Source: an uncultured Methanomassiliicoccales archaeon (GTDB lineage: Archaea > Thermoplasmatota > Thermoplasmata > Methanomassiliicoccales > UBA472). Taken from it: 64,000 bases of DNA. The DNA lies in NCBI GenBank assembly GCA_963695345.1, contig OY968769.1:2400001-2464000 (forward strand), read 5' to 3'. Position numbers and translations under genes: made by a program. Of this stretch, positions 9,778 to 19,823 are shown one piece after another; the stretch's first letter is position 1; the number at the start of each line of letters is the position of its first letter. The notes below the pieces were generated by a model that was not told where the DNA came from, ran no database searches, and saw nothing but the letters and a program-made list of their open reading frames with translations.

Positions 9778-12700
9778 TTACACCTTCTTTTTGAATCGCC
9801 AGACTACGAAGACTATACCGAATATCGCTGCCATCAAGAGCACGATGGCACCAATATTGTTGACAATATCTTCACCGGCATACCGGGTCGTGGGGGATGC
9901 GGTATCGGTTTCACTGGAGCTCGGTCCGACCGGTGCCGCGGTAATGGCCACCGATTGGTTCCCCAGCCCTGCCGGGCTATGGGCTGCGATCTCGATGGTG
10001 TAGTTGACCCCATTGGTCAGCCCGGTGATCGTGGTCTGGTTCCCTACGGAATGAGCTGCATCAACACCATTTTGATAGACAACGAAATAATCGATATCGA
10101 AGGTGCCTGACTTAGCCGGAAACGCCCATGAAATCGTCAACGTGCCGTTACCTGGCGTTATGGCCAGTTTGGTGGGGGTTCCCGGCGGTTCGGCCCGGGA
10201 AACGAGCATCGCGGTGACCGGAGATGTTTTCCCGCCCATTCCCACGGAATTATGGGCCGATACGGTGAACTCATATGATACCCCATTGGTCAATCCGGTG
10301 ATCGAGGTCACGTTCCCAACCGGATGGATTATGTCCACACCGTTCTGATAGACCACGTAGTAGTCGATCGGAGGACCGCTCTGACTGTCCGGTGCCGTCC
10401 ATGAGATCGTCACCAATCCATCCTCAACCGCGATCATAAGGTTCGCCGGGATACCTGGCGACTCTGATGTCGACGGCGGAATTGCGATGACCGATGAGGT
10501 GTTCCCGCCCATTCCCACGGAATTGTGGGCCGATACTGTGAAATTATACGATCGACCAGCTGTCAGGCCGCCGACGGTCTTTGAGTTGGCCGTCACGTGA
10601 TAGATATCATACCCGTCTTGGCATATCGCATAATAGTCGATCTCGGCACCGCCATTGCTGGCAGGTGTGACCCAGGAAAGGGAAACCCAGCCATCCTCCA
10701 GGGTAACGGTCAGATCGATCGGGGCTCCTGGTACCGTCAATGTGGTCGAGGGCACCACCGTAACCTTGGATGACTGGGGTCCGACCCCGACGGAATTGTG
10801 AGCGGCCACAGTGAAATTATACGGTTGACCGTTGGCCAATCCGGAGATGATCGCGTGGTTTTCGACGTAATGGTCTATTCTCTCGGTGCCTTCGACATAG
10901 ACCATGTAGTAATCGACGCTCGCACCCCCGTTGCTGCCGGGAGCTGTCCAAGAAAGAACAACCTGGCCATCGCCCGGTGTCGCTGTAAGGCTGATGGGAT
11001 GACCAGGGACAGCGATCGTGGCCGATGGCGTGGCGGGCACGATAGACGACCTTGCTCCCGAACCTACGGTGTTGTGGGCGGCCACCGAGAACGAATAAGA
11101 GATTCCGTTGGTCAGGTCGGACACCGTTATGGATAGGGAATCCGCGTGGGCGATTTCGGTCCCATTCTGATAGACCACATAGTAGTCGATCATTGCTCCC
11201 CCGTTGCCGTCGGGTGGAGCCCAGGATAAGAATACCTGACCGTCCTCGGGCACGGCAGTAAGGCCGGTTGGAATGTCTGGAACGGTAAGGGTCACGGACG
11301 GAGCGGAGGTTACCGCGTCTGAACGTAATCCATATCCCACGATGTTATGCGCTGATACAGTAAAGACATATGAGTGGCCATTGGCAAGACCGGTGACGGT
11401 AGCCGTGGTGGTTGAATAGTGGTCCGTAAGGGCGACCCCGTCGACATACACCAGGTAGTAATCGATCATCGCTCCCCCGTTACTCCCTGGAGCTGACCAG
11501 GACAGGGTTACCTGGCCATCGCCATGCATTGCCATGAGTCCGATCGGTGCTCCCGGAACGGTCGTTGTGGCAGAGGGTTTCGCTATCGCGGGGGACGATA
11601 ATGGTCCGATTCCCGCCGCGTTATGGGCGCCGGTCGTGAAACTGTAGGATCTATCATTGGCAAGGCCGGTGACGGTAGCCGTGGTGGTTGAATAGTGGTC
11701 CGTAAGGGCGACCCCGTCGACATACACCAGGTAGTAATCGATCATCGCTCCCCCGTTACTCCCCGGGGCTGACCAGGACAGGGTTACCAGGCCATCGCCG
11801 GGCATCGCTGTCATGTTCCTCGGCATGCCGGCGACGGTCACTGGTGCCAGAGGTGTAGCTGTCACCGCCCCCGATTGCATACTGGTGCCGATGATGTTGT
11901 GCGCTGACACGGTCAGGCTGTACTGACGGCCATTGGTAAGGCCGGTGATGGTCGCCGAGGTGGTGATGTAATGGTCCGTTCTGGCAATCCCGTCGACAAG
12001 GACCAGGTAGTAGTCGATGGCCGCTCCTCCATTATTGATTGGTGCGGTCCAGGAGAGCATTGCCTGACCGTTTCCCGGAACCGCCGTCACGCCGGTCGGG
12101 ACATCGGGGACGGTCTTCGATGTCACAGGGTTGGCGATCACGGCGGAGGTGCTGGGCCCACTACCGGCTGAATTGTGGGCGGCCACGGCATAGCTGTACG
12201 CCTGACCATTGTTCAACCCCGTGATGGTGGCCGAGGTGGCCGTTGGATGCCTGACATCGACTCCGTCCTGATAGACTATGTAATAGTCAATGGGATTTTC
12301 CCCGATACTGCTGGGAACGGTCCAGGAAAGGGTTGCCTGGCTATCGCCGGCCGTTACCTGGAGATCCCTCGGGGCGGAAAGGGATACCGCCGGCCTTGCA
12401 GATATCTCCGCACTTCTCGGCCCCTCGCCGTATGAATTGACCGCGGCGACCTGATAGTAATATGTGACCCCGTTGGTCAAGCCGGTGTCGGTGAAGGTCA
12501 AGACGCCGCCGCTTCCAGTATTTCCCAAATATGTCTTTCCGGCGGATGTCGTTCCCCGGTATATGCGGAAATCACCGATGGGGGCGCCGCCCGGCGAAGG
12601 CGAGGACCAGGTCAGAAGGACCCGGACATCGCCCACGGCGGCCGATAGGCTCGTGGGTGCCTCCGGGATTACCGGAGCGATGTTGGCATCCATCATCAGA

Positions 12701-13575
12701 GCATTGAAGGTGTTGCCTGGCGCAGGAAAGTTCGAGGCGGCATAGGCATGGCCTCTGACAATGTACGAGTTAAGGGGCAACCAGTACGAACCGACAGTGG
12801 GTGCGACCAGCCCTTGGAAGGTGATCGAGGTCAGATGATCGCAGCCATAGAACGCAGAGCTGCCTATGCTGGTCACGCCGCTTCCGATCGTTACCGTGGT
12901 CAGGGCATTACAGTCATAGAAGGCGAAACTGCCGATGGTATGGACCTTGTTGGATATGGTCACAGTGGAAAGCGACGAGCAGCCTTCGAACGCGCTCGTC
13001 CCTATGCTGACCACGTTATTGGGGATCGTCAGCGAGCCGAGCGCGGCGCAACCATCGAAGGCATAGTCGCCGATGGACGTTAGACCGCTACCAAGGGACA
13101 AGGTGGTGATGCCGGTACAGGTGTAGAACGCCCAACTGCCAATTGCGGTGACGCTGTTTGGTATGGTCACTGAGGACAGTTTCGTGCAGTGTTCGAACGC
13201 CCCATTCCCGATGGTCAGGAGGCCTTTTCCGAGGTTCACCGAGGTGAGGGAAGAACAGCCATCGAACGCGTAAACGTCTATCCTGGTCACACTGTCCGGG
13301 ATGACGGCGGAAGTAACTGAAAAGCCGGCGGCACTGCTGAAGGCATAGGCCCCGATCCCGGTCACTTGATACCCTCCGACAGTGCTCGGAATGGTGATCG
13401 CTCCCCCGGCACCGGTATAAGCTGAGATGATGGCGGAACCATCGATAACGGAATATGTATAGTCACCCGCCTGCGCTGCAGACACTGAGCCAGATTGAAG
13501 TACAAAGAACGCCCCAGTCAGGATCATCGTCACTATGACTATAGACCTTAGACGTGTTCCCTCACTACTCTTCAT
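9778..13575 (-). CDS. Surface adhesin-like protein: signal peptide, BspA-type LRRs, about 10 fibronectin type III domains, C-terminal TM anchor
   Basis: IPxSVTxIGxxAFxxCxxL repeats; ten P..P..L...GDG.V.LSW...IDYY.VY...GL.NG..Y.F.V.AHN..G units; hydrophobic C-terminus ending WRFKKKV. Confidence 0.93.
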   Translation of the reverse strand: MKSSEGTRLRSIVIVTMILTGAFFVLQSGSVSAAQAGDYTYSVIDGSAIISAYTGAGGAITIPSTVGGYQVTGIGAYAFSSAAGFSVTSAVIPDSVTRIDVYAFDGCSSLTSVNLGKGLLTIGNGAFEHCTKLSSVTIPNSVTAIGSWAFYTCTGITTLSLGSGLTSIGDYAFDGCAALGSLTIPNNVVSIGTSAFEGCSSLSTVTISNKVHTIGSFAFYDCNALTTVTIGSGVTSIGSSAFYGCDHLTSITFQGLVAPTVGSYWLPLNSYIVRGHAYAASNFPAPGNTFNALMMDANIAPVIPEAPTSLSAAVGDVRVLLTWSSPSPGGAPIGDFRIYRGTTSAGKTYLGNTGSGGVLTFTDTGLTNGVTYYYQVAAVNSYGEGPRSAEISARPAVSLSAPRDLQVTAGDSQATLSWTVPSSIGENPIDYYIVYQDGVDVRHPTATSATITGLNNGQAYSYAVAAHNSAGSGPSTSAVIANPVTSKTVPDVPTGVTAVPGNGQAMLSWTAPINNGGAAIDYYLVLVDGIARTDHYITTSATITGLTNGRQYSLTVSAHNIIGTSMQSGAVTATPLAPVTVAGMPRNMTAMPGDGLVTLSWSAPGSNGGAMIDYYLVYVDGVALTDHYSTTTATVTGLANDRSYSFTTGAHNAAGIGPLSSPAIAKPSATTTVPGAPIGLMAMHGDGQVTLSWSAPGSNGGAMIDYYLVYVDGVALTDHYSTTTATVTGLANGHSYVFTVSAHNIVGYGLRSDAVTSAPSVTLTVPDIPTGLTAVPEDGQVFLSWAPPDGNGGAMIDYYVVYQNGTEIAHADSLSITVSDLTNGISYSFSVAAHNTVGSGARSSIVPATPSATIAVPGHPISLTATPGDGQVVLSWTAPGSNGGASVDYYMVYVEGTERIDHYVENHAIISGLANGQPYNFTVAAHNSVGVGPQSSKVTVVPSTTLTVPGAPIDLTVTLEDGWVSLSWVTPASNGGAEIDYYAICQDGYDIYHVTANSKTVGGLTAGRSYNFTVSAHNSVGMGGNTSSVIAIPPSTSESPGIPANLMIAVEDGLVTISWTAPDSQSGPPIDYYVVYQNGVDIIHPVGNVTSITGLTNGVSYEFTVSAHNSVGMGGKTSPVTAMLVSRAEPPGTPTKLAITPGNGTLTISWAFPAKSGTFDIDYFVVYQNGVDAAHSVGNQTTITGLTNGVNYTIEIAAHSPAGLGNQSVAITAAPVGPSSSETDTASPTTRYAGEDIVNNIGAIVLLMAAIFGIVFVVWRFKKKV
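11379..11799. repeat. Near-identical 145-bp direct repeat (11379-11523 and 11655-11799) within two adjacent FN3 domains
   Basis: Direct comparison gives a 276-bp offset and about 4 mismatches. Confidence 0.9.
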
Positions 13576-13898
13576 ATGGACCCCTCACCAGAACTTCAAT
13601 TGTCGATTGGCCCCAAGGTGATGGTGAAAAAAGATTGAAAAATTACGACTTAATGATATGGCAGTAATTGTCAATTATTGATTTTAGGTGGAAACTTCGC
13701 CAGATGAGGGTCTGCCTTAGTAGATTCAGCATCATGATCAATCATATGCCAGAACTCCGGATGACTCGGTTTCACGTGAAAATCATGTAAAGAGGACTTC
13801 TCCAAGAAAATGGAAGACCCGATCCATTCCTCGGTCGGTTCCATATAACAGAGATCAGTGGAAAAAAGGATTTAGCCAAGTAGGTCAAGAACACAACA

Positions 13899-14237
13899 AT
13901 GCTCATGGAGATGTACAACCAGAACCGGGAAAAGGTCAGCTGGACCCCGTACATATTCGGCACCCTTGCCGGTCTCGTTCCGTGGATAGGCATAACCATC
14001 TATCTGATCGGGTCGAGTTCATCGAGCTCCGCCTCCGTGCCGACCTTTGTCTACTTCATATTCATCTCGTTGGCGGTGTTCTTCTTCTCGTTCGCCTTCA
14101 ACATGATACTGCAGTATCGCAAGGTGGGCAGATGGAAGGACTACCTCTACGGGGAGTACTTCTATATCGTCCTCAGTCTCGTGGCCAAGACCGCACTGGC
14201 ATGGCAGGTGTTCGCTGGAACGCTCAGGCCAGTATGA
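13899..14237 (+). pseudogene. 5'-truncated heliorhodopsin (last three helices only)
   Basis: Aligns to the C-terminal ~110 aa of the HeR at 35014 (MExxNQ, W..FG..AGLVPW, NM.LQY, YLYGEY.YIVLSLVAKTALAW); an in-frame stop lies just upstream and no N-terminal homology is visible. Confidence 0.85.
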
Positions 14238-14328
14238 GCCAACGGCCAGGCTCCCAGCGGGAGCCGAACGTTGGGTCCCATGGAAGGAGGCGGCAGGGTC
14301 AAAGATAAAGACCCGGTCCCCCCTTCCG

Positions 14329-14802
14329 GTGAAAAGAACGGTCGATCACATGGGGTTCATGATAACGAAGGCGGTCCCTGGCGATATCGAAGTGATAGTC
14401 GATAACATCCTGAGTATGGCGATGGAATCGGAAGGGAAGGCGCTTGACAGGGGAACGGTGAACAGCGCCATGAGCCGGTTCCTGAACGAACCGGGCAGAG
14501 GCTTCTACCTTCTGGTAAGGTTGGAAGGCCAGGTGGTCGGGCAGTGCATGATCACCACGGAGTTCAGCGACTGGCGTAATGGGGAGTACTGGTGGGTGCA
14601 GAGCGCCTATGTCGCCACCGATCACCGGCGGAAGGGGGTGCTGCGCTCCCTGCTGGAAGAGATCAGGGGCATGGCGAAACGGCAGGGCGATGTGTTCGGC
14701 CTCCGGCTGTACGTCGACCGGGACAATGTCAACGCCATCGAGGCCTATCGCCGCCTCGGTTTGCCGCTCTCCCACTATCTGATGATGGACGTCCCCATGT
14801 GA
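14329..14802 (+). CDS. GNAT family N-acetyltransferase
   Basis: EFSDWRNG.YWWVQSAYV...HRRKGV, LRLYVDRDN..A...YRRLG. Confidence 0.92.
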   Translation: MKRTVDHMGFMITKAVPGDIEVIVDNILSMAMESEGKALDRGTVNSAMSRFLNEPGRGFYLLVRLEGQVVGQCMITTEFSDWRNGEYWWVQSAYVATDHRRKGVLRSLLEEIRGMAKRQGDVFGLRLYVDRDNVNAIEAYRRLGLPLSHYLMMDVPM

Positions 14803-15042
14803 GCTCGAACCGCTACATGTTTGCCTGAAAAAGGTTATCCAATTAACCGGGAACCGGGACAGTATCGCCCATATCATCGTTGTCCGATCATCGGGGACCA
14901 GAACGGGACACCGACATATTCAAACGGTGACAATCTATGACGATGCAAACGATTTGAGCCTGATTTGGATTTCTCGAGCGTGAACTGGATGGAGAACACA
15001 CGATTCCTTACCATCGTCCTCTTCCCTTCCTCAATAGGCGCC

Positions 15043-15060
15043 GAGAAAGGTTTGATAAGG
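15043..15060 (+). promoter_or_regulatory. Putative BRE-TATA promoter for the primase-like gene
   Basis: GAGAAAGG-TTTGATAA: purine-rich BRE followed by a TATA-like box. Confidence 0.45.
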
Positions 15061-15191
15061 GAAGTGGCCCCACATCTCGCCTCCTGGTATACCGGTTTGC
15101 TCCAAGTGAGGGGTGAGCTAAAGATGGATTCACAGGCGAGCCTGAAGGTGAAGGGAAGAGCATCGTTATTTATGGCTAGGATGAACGATGG

Positions 15192-16502
15192 ATGGGCGAC
15201 ACCATGGTAGTCCCTGCTGAAGGTCCCCCTGACCGATTGGGGGAATTCTATTCCCTGAGCCCTCCGGATCTCGAATTCATCACCGACCTCAACAAGCGCC
15301 ATTTCCGGTTCCTCCTTCCCAACGGAAGGTTCTTCAAGATCAAGGATGTCATTCGCTCCTCATCGGACCTCCAGAGATGGCTCTTGAAAATGAAGCCTCT
15401 GGACGTCTATTACTCCACATCGACCTACCTCAATCCCACCGATGTGGCCCCGAGACCAAAGAACAGCACCGACTATTGGGGGCCAGGAAATGTGGTCCTG
15501 AGCCATGATGTCGCCTTCGACATCGACAGGCAACCGCTGTCCCTCTTCAATCTCGAGCGAGCGAGGAAGGACGCGGTCCATCTCTTGGATTTCCTGACCG
15601 CGCGCAACTATCCTCTGAAGTATGTCGCCTTCAGCGGAAGCAAAGGGTTTCACCTGATTTTCGATGACATCGATAAGAGCATCGAGCCCGATTTCCGGAT
15701 CAGGGAGAAGTCGATCATCCAGAGGAGGAAGGCATTGGTCGACGATGTCATCAAGGAAGGAATAGTGATCGACAAGGCGGTGACCGTGGACACGCGCAGG
15801 ATCATCCGCCTTCCCGGGACCATCAACTCCAAGACCGGCTATTGCTGCCATCCCATCTCCTTGGAGCAATTGCGTTCACCCCTGGCCGACTGGATAGAAA
15901 TGGTCCCCAGACTGGAGGGCCATAAAGCCATACCCTGGTTCAAGATGAGGCCGCTGTTCAACCATAAGCACTCGCCCAAGCCTGTTTTCGCCAATCTAGG
16001 GGCAGGGTATGGCTACACCACATTCATCACCAGTTCCGTTCTGGGGACCAAAGGCCGTCACGCGGTCCTGATTTCGCTTCCAAAAGGCAGTCAGGAAAGA
16101 GCGATCAGCATCCTCCGGCAGGCCCAGATCGATTATGACCTCACCGACCTCTACCTCTTCGAGCTACCACGGGCCTTCCAGGCCATCTGCCTGAAGACCG
16201 TCCAACGCAACCGTTATCAGAAGATCCTGGATTCCGTGCGTTCACCATCGGCGGAGCAGCTCAGGAGGTATGACCGCGTCTCACTCAGGATGGGTCCCCT
16301 GGTCAACAGGGACATGCAGGTCATGGAGCCTCCAGCGCGGTTCATAACATATCTGGAGTGCCATCCAGATATAAGGGAAAGCAACTTTGTGAGCTTGGGG
16401 CACATCAATTTTCTTATGAGGCATGGATTGACGCCCCTTCAATATCCCAAGATGCATGGCAGTGGAGATTTCCAGCTGGTCGATGCGGAGATCAGATTGT
16501 GA
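15192..16502 (+). CDS. Archaeo-eukaryotic primase (PriS-like) paralog with a ~190-aa C-terminal extra domain
   Basis: DVYYS, AFDID (motif I), FSGSKGFH (motif II), IDKAVTVDTRRIIRLPGTINSKTG (motif III). Confidence 0.85.
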   Translation: MGDTMVVPAEGPPDRLGEFYSLSPPDLEFITDLNKRHFRFLLPNGRFFKIKDVIRSSSDLQRWLLKMKPLDVYYSTSTYLNPTDVAPRPKNSTDYWGPGNVVLSHDVAFDIDRQPLSLFNLERARKDAVHLLDFLTARNYPLKYVAFSGSKGFHLIFDDIDKSIEPDFRIREKSIIQRRKALVDDVIKEGIVIDKAVTVDTRRIIRLPGTINSKTGYCCHPISLEQLRSPLADWIEMVPRLEGHKAIPWFKMRPLFNHKHSPKPVFANLGAGYGYTTFITSSVLGTKGRHAVLISLPKGSQERAISILRQAQIDYDLTDLYLFELPRAFQAICLKTVQRNRYQKILDSVRSPSAEQLRRYDRVSLRMGPLVNRDMQVMEPPARFITYLECHPDIRESNFVSLGHINFLMRHGLTPLQYPKMHGSGDFQLVDAEIRL

Positions 16503-16665
16503 TTTTTTCAGTGAAAAACTATATAGCCATCACATCCACATACATGGGTTGCACTCCGTGTGATTCCTTCGGGAAGATGATGAGGACATTCGTCTAGAGG
16601 TACTACATCGGGCGGCTGAACGGGAGTGGTTCTCCGCCCTAATATTTACACCACAGGGGTTCACT

Positions 16666-17130
16666 ATGGGTCTGTTGAAGGGGTTATTGGGAGGCAACAG
16701 CCCTGAGACGTTCTTGGGAAACCACGAGAATGGTTCTAATGCAAATAATGCCTCAAAGTCACCGCTCAGCCCCCAGTACGAGCGGCTCAATGTGTGGATC
16801 GAGTCTCGGATCGGTAACATGGACCCGTCGGATCCAAATCTGAATGCCAGGATGGAAAGGTTTTTGACGGAGGAAGGGTCGAAGTATCCGTCCCCCCGGG
16901 GCAAGCTCGTTTTCACGCCAAGTGGAAATGATACCATAATCACCGGCGATACTAAGCCGTTCAAGGGCAGGCTTAGAAGGATGGGCGGGAAATGGGAAGG
17001 CAAGCTCAAGCGCTGGGTCATCAAGGGCAAGAGCATTTCGGAGGCAGACGTCGAGAACCCGAGCGAGCTGGCAGGATTGAGGGCATACATCAATAAGATG
17101 CCGTACAGGAAGAACCTGGGCGGGAAATAA
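16666..17130 (+). CDS. Hypothetical protein with a GxTxPxKxxLxxxGGxWxxxxKxW (DUF5710-like) motif
   Basis: Motif GDTKPFKGRLRRMGGKWEGKLKRW; AGGGG RBS upstream. Confidence 0.7.
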   Translation: MGLLKGLLGGNSPETFLGNHENGSNANNASKSPLSPQYERLNVWIESRIGNMDPSDPNLNARMERFLTEEGSKYPSPRGKLVFTPSGNDTIITGDTKPFKGRLRRMGGKWEGKLKRWVIKGKSISEADVENPSELAGLRAYINKMPYRKNLGGK

Positions 17131-17268
17131 GCCGCCAAAGCAACAAGCTTGTTATCATTTGTTTAGGTCCGGAGAAAGGTTGGTCTTGCATACGGCGCAA
17201 AGGAACAAACGATTCTTTGTCGAGAACGAGGAAAACAATTTAATCATGTCACAAGGTAGCTGAGGGTC

Positions 17269-17946
17269 ATGCGGATCGCCATCCTAGGATGCGACGCGAT
17301 CAGGGACGAGATCGAACAGGTCACCATGGACGATCCAGACATCGTTCACCGCGAGTATCTCGATTTCGGTCTCCATATCTACACCGACGAGCTCCTGAGG
17401 CAGATCCAGGAACGCCTCGCGGCCATGGAGGGCCAATATGACGCGGTCTTCCTCGGTTACGGTCATTGCCAGACGCTCAAGGGCTTGCCCGCCACGGTGA
17501 ATGTGCCCCTGGTGATGCTGGAATATGAGGACTGCATCTCGGCCATGCTGCCCGAGGGCGAGTACCACCGGGAGAAGAGATCCGGAGGCATTACCTGGTT
17601 CTATCCTTCCGGGTGGGCCCGGAACGGGACCGAAGGTCTGGTCAAGCTCTTCAAACTGGACAGTATGCGGGACCAGGGGTATGAACCGGTCTTCTTCCTG
17701 AAGATGATGTTCGAAGGCTTCACCCGGGTCCTTTTCATCGACACCGGTGCCGGGGATACGGCCTCCAGCGAGAACCAGTCCAAGGAGCTCGCCTGCATGC
17801 TCTGCATGAAGCATGAGCGGAGGGAGGGCACGCTCCAGGCGATCAGCGATGCGATGATAAGGACCAAGGAACTGGCCCGGAATCGTTCGGCCAGTCGAAC
17901 CCTGGAAGGAATCGGTCAGCGCGACAATGGCGGACCTTTTCACTGA
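17269..17946 (+). CDS. DUF1638 domain protein
   Basis: LDFGLH..., FLGYGHC, EDCISAML, WFYPSGW, FTRVLFIDTG. Confidence 0.85.
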   Translation: MRIAILGCDAIRDEIEQVTMDDPDIVHREYLDFGLHIYTDELLRQIQERLAAMEGQYDAVFLGYGHCQTLKGLPATVNVPLVMLEYEDCISAMLPEGEYHREKRSGGITWFYPSGWARNGTEGLVKLFKLDSMRDQGYEPVFFLKMMFEGFTRVLFIDTGAGDTASSENQSKELACMLCMKHERREGTLQAISDAMIRTKELARNRSASRTLEGIGQRDNGGPFH

Positions 17947-18017
17947 ACGGTTAATTACACCTTCCTTGATATCTTCGAACTGATCATGTTCAATGCGACA
18001 AGGTCAATGGTGCAGCA

Positions 18018-18921
18018 ATGAATTTCGAAGAAGGCCATAGGTTGATCTTTTCAGACGGGAAAGGGACACCGCTAGTGGACATCAGTATCCTCGATGACGA
18101 CGCCTCGGCGGACCGGGTCGACGCTCTGGTGGACAATTTCAGGGGAATATATGTCGGCGTGAACATCGGCATGAACCTTCCCCAGAGGATGAGGGCGACG
18201 TATTCCAGCGGTACCAAGTCTGCCTATGCCTGCCCTCAGGCGGACCTTTCGCCGATGGTGGACATGATCATCGCTGGCAGTCAACGAATCCCCGTACGCT
18301 GATTCGGTCAAGGGCTTCGTTCTCTCGAACGTCATCCCCCCGCTGTTCCGTTTCGAAGACCCGTCCGTCACCTCGGGCAACCTGATAGGCTATGGTTGTT
18401 CCTGCTCGAAATGCGACGAGGCATTGGGGATGAGCGACCTGGGGGACAGGTTGGCTCGCATGGAACTGAGGCCCCTCGAGAGGAACGATGGGGACGATAT
18501 CGCCTTCGCCCGCGAGGTCTGGGTATGGGCAGCCGCCAGCTCCGTTCTGGATGACTATCCCGATCTGCTGAACGACCGGGTCCGGTCCTATGCCCCGGTC
18601 ATGTCCCAGCTCTCCGGCCTGAAGGGGGAACGCTACCTGATGTTCTCGGAGACCGATTATCCCGACACCGAGTTCCAGGTCAACGGTTACAACGAGAACT
18701 CCCGTCTCGCCTTCGGGATCGGGGACGACCTGCTGGAAAATCTCACTGGTATGATCGTCTCGCCCTCATTCGGCGTCATAGCCGACCAGGAACATGTCCC
18801 GATCTTCGAGGTCGATGACATCAAAGCATTCATCAAGATGAAGTACTTGGAGCCTAAATCGAAGTTCATGATAGATTCGGTTCTTCCACCGGAGGTGATT
18901 CAGCATGTTCTCCAGGGCTAA
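18018..18921 (+). CDS. Hypothetical ~300-aa protein with CSCSKC motif; one frameshift near 18270 joins ORFs 18018 and 18424
   Basis: The frame of ORF 18424 is open back to 18268 (LAVNESPYADSVKGFVLSNV...GYGCSCSKC); ends 2 nt before the AAA gene. Confidence 0.65.
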
Positions 18922-18923
18922 GA

Positions 18924-19823
18924 ATGTCAAAGGTCAGGGTATTCCCGCTCTTCCGCGGCGATGCGATGAACAGACGCTCGCTCGAGCATTTCATTATAGA
19001 ATATTTCAAGGACGAGGACATCCAGGATTTCAAGATAGGCGAGATGATATATGTCAAGGTGGAGAAGATCGAGCCGGCGGAAGCCCTTCACACTGACCGG
19101 CACACCCGTCTGGACCTGACCGTCCAGGAGGACGGCATGGACGTGGAAAGGTTCGGATTCGTGAAACGTCCGGAAGAGAACATGGACGAGTCGCTGATCT
19201 CCTCTGACCTGGCCAAGGCCTACCTCAGCCTCTTCCGGAACGGAAAGGAGCCCTGGAGGAAGATCCTTCTCAGCGGAGAGCCGGGAACCGGCAAGACACT
19301 GTTCGCCCATGAACTGCTGGCAAACGCCCAGCAGCGCGGACTGAAGACCTATTCAATTCCCGCCTCGATGCTCCTCGGCGAGTACATAGGGGACACCATC
19401 CGGGTCGTCAACTCGGTAAAAAGGGCGGTGGGCAAGGACTGCGTGCTGTTCATCGACGACTGCGACCTGATCCTGCACAACCGTAACGACATGAAATCGT
19501 TCGGATCACTGCTCGAATCGGTGGTGGCCTTCCTGAACTTCATCGACGAGTTCGAGGGTTACATGATCGCCGCATCGAACGACCGGGAGATCGACCCGGC
19601 GATCGAGAACCGCATGTTCGGCATCCGGTTCGATCTGCCCAGCACCGATATGCTGTACCGTTTCATGAAGAAAGCGGACGCGACGGTCACGCCTCGGGAG
19701 GCCAATGCCATACACGACAAGCGCGGCAGTTACCGGGACGCCCAAAAATACCAGGTCATGAAACTTGCCGGCATGGGCAACGAACACAAGCTGGCCACGT
19801 CCCACGATCCGCTCTACCGTTAA
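18924..19823 (+). CDS. AAA+ ATPase (single classical AAA domain)
   Basis: Walker A GEPGTGKT, LLGEYIGDT pore loop, Walker B LFIDDCD, ASN...IDPAIENR. Confidence 0.9.
   Translation: MSKVRVFPLFRGDAMNRRSLEHFIIEYFKDEDIQDFKIGEMIYVKVEKIEPAEALHTDRHTRLDLTVQEDGMDVERFGFVKRPEENMDESLISSDLAKAYLSLFRNGKEPWRKILLSGEPGTGKTLFAHELLANAQQRGLKTYSIPASMLLGEYIGDTIRVVNSVKRAVGKDCVLFIDDCDLILHNRNDMKSFGSLLESVVAFLNFIDEFEGYMIAASNDREIDPAIENRMFGIRFDLPSTDMLYRFMKKADATVTPREANAIHDKRGSYRDAQKYQVMKLAGMGNEHKLATSHDPLYR

Noticed and set aside
9659-10003. Possible pyrrolysine (TAG) read-through of the VOC gene into in-frame ORF 9680
   Set aside because: The VOC domain is complete at the TAG and the extension is mostly antisense to the adhesin gene; no convincing in-frame amber codon was found in any gene of the window
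19506-19823. Long convergent overlap between the dehydrogenase ORF and the AAA ATPase
   Set aside because: Removing one base near 19840 ends the dehydrogenase at TAA 19820-19822, overlapping the ATPase stop; likely an indel artefact
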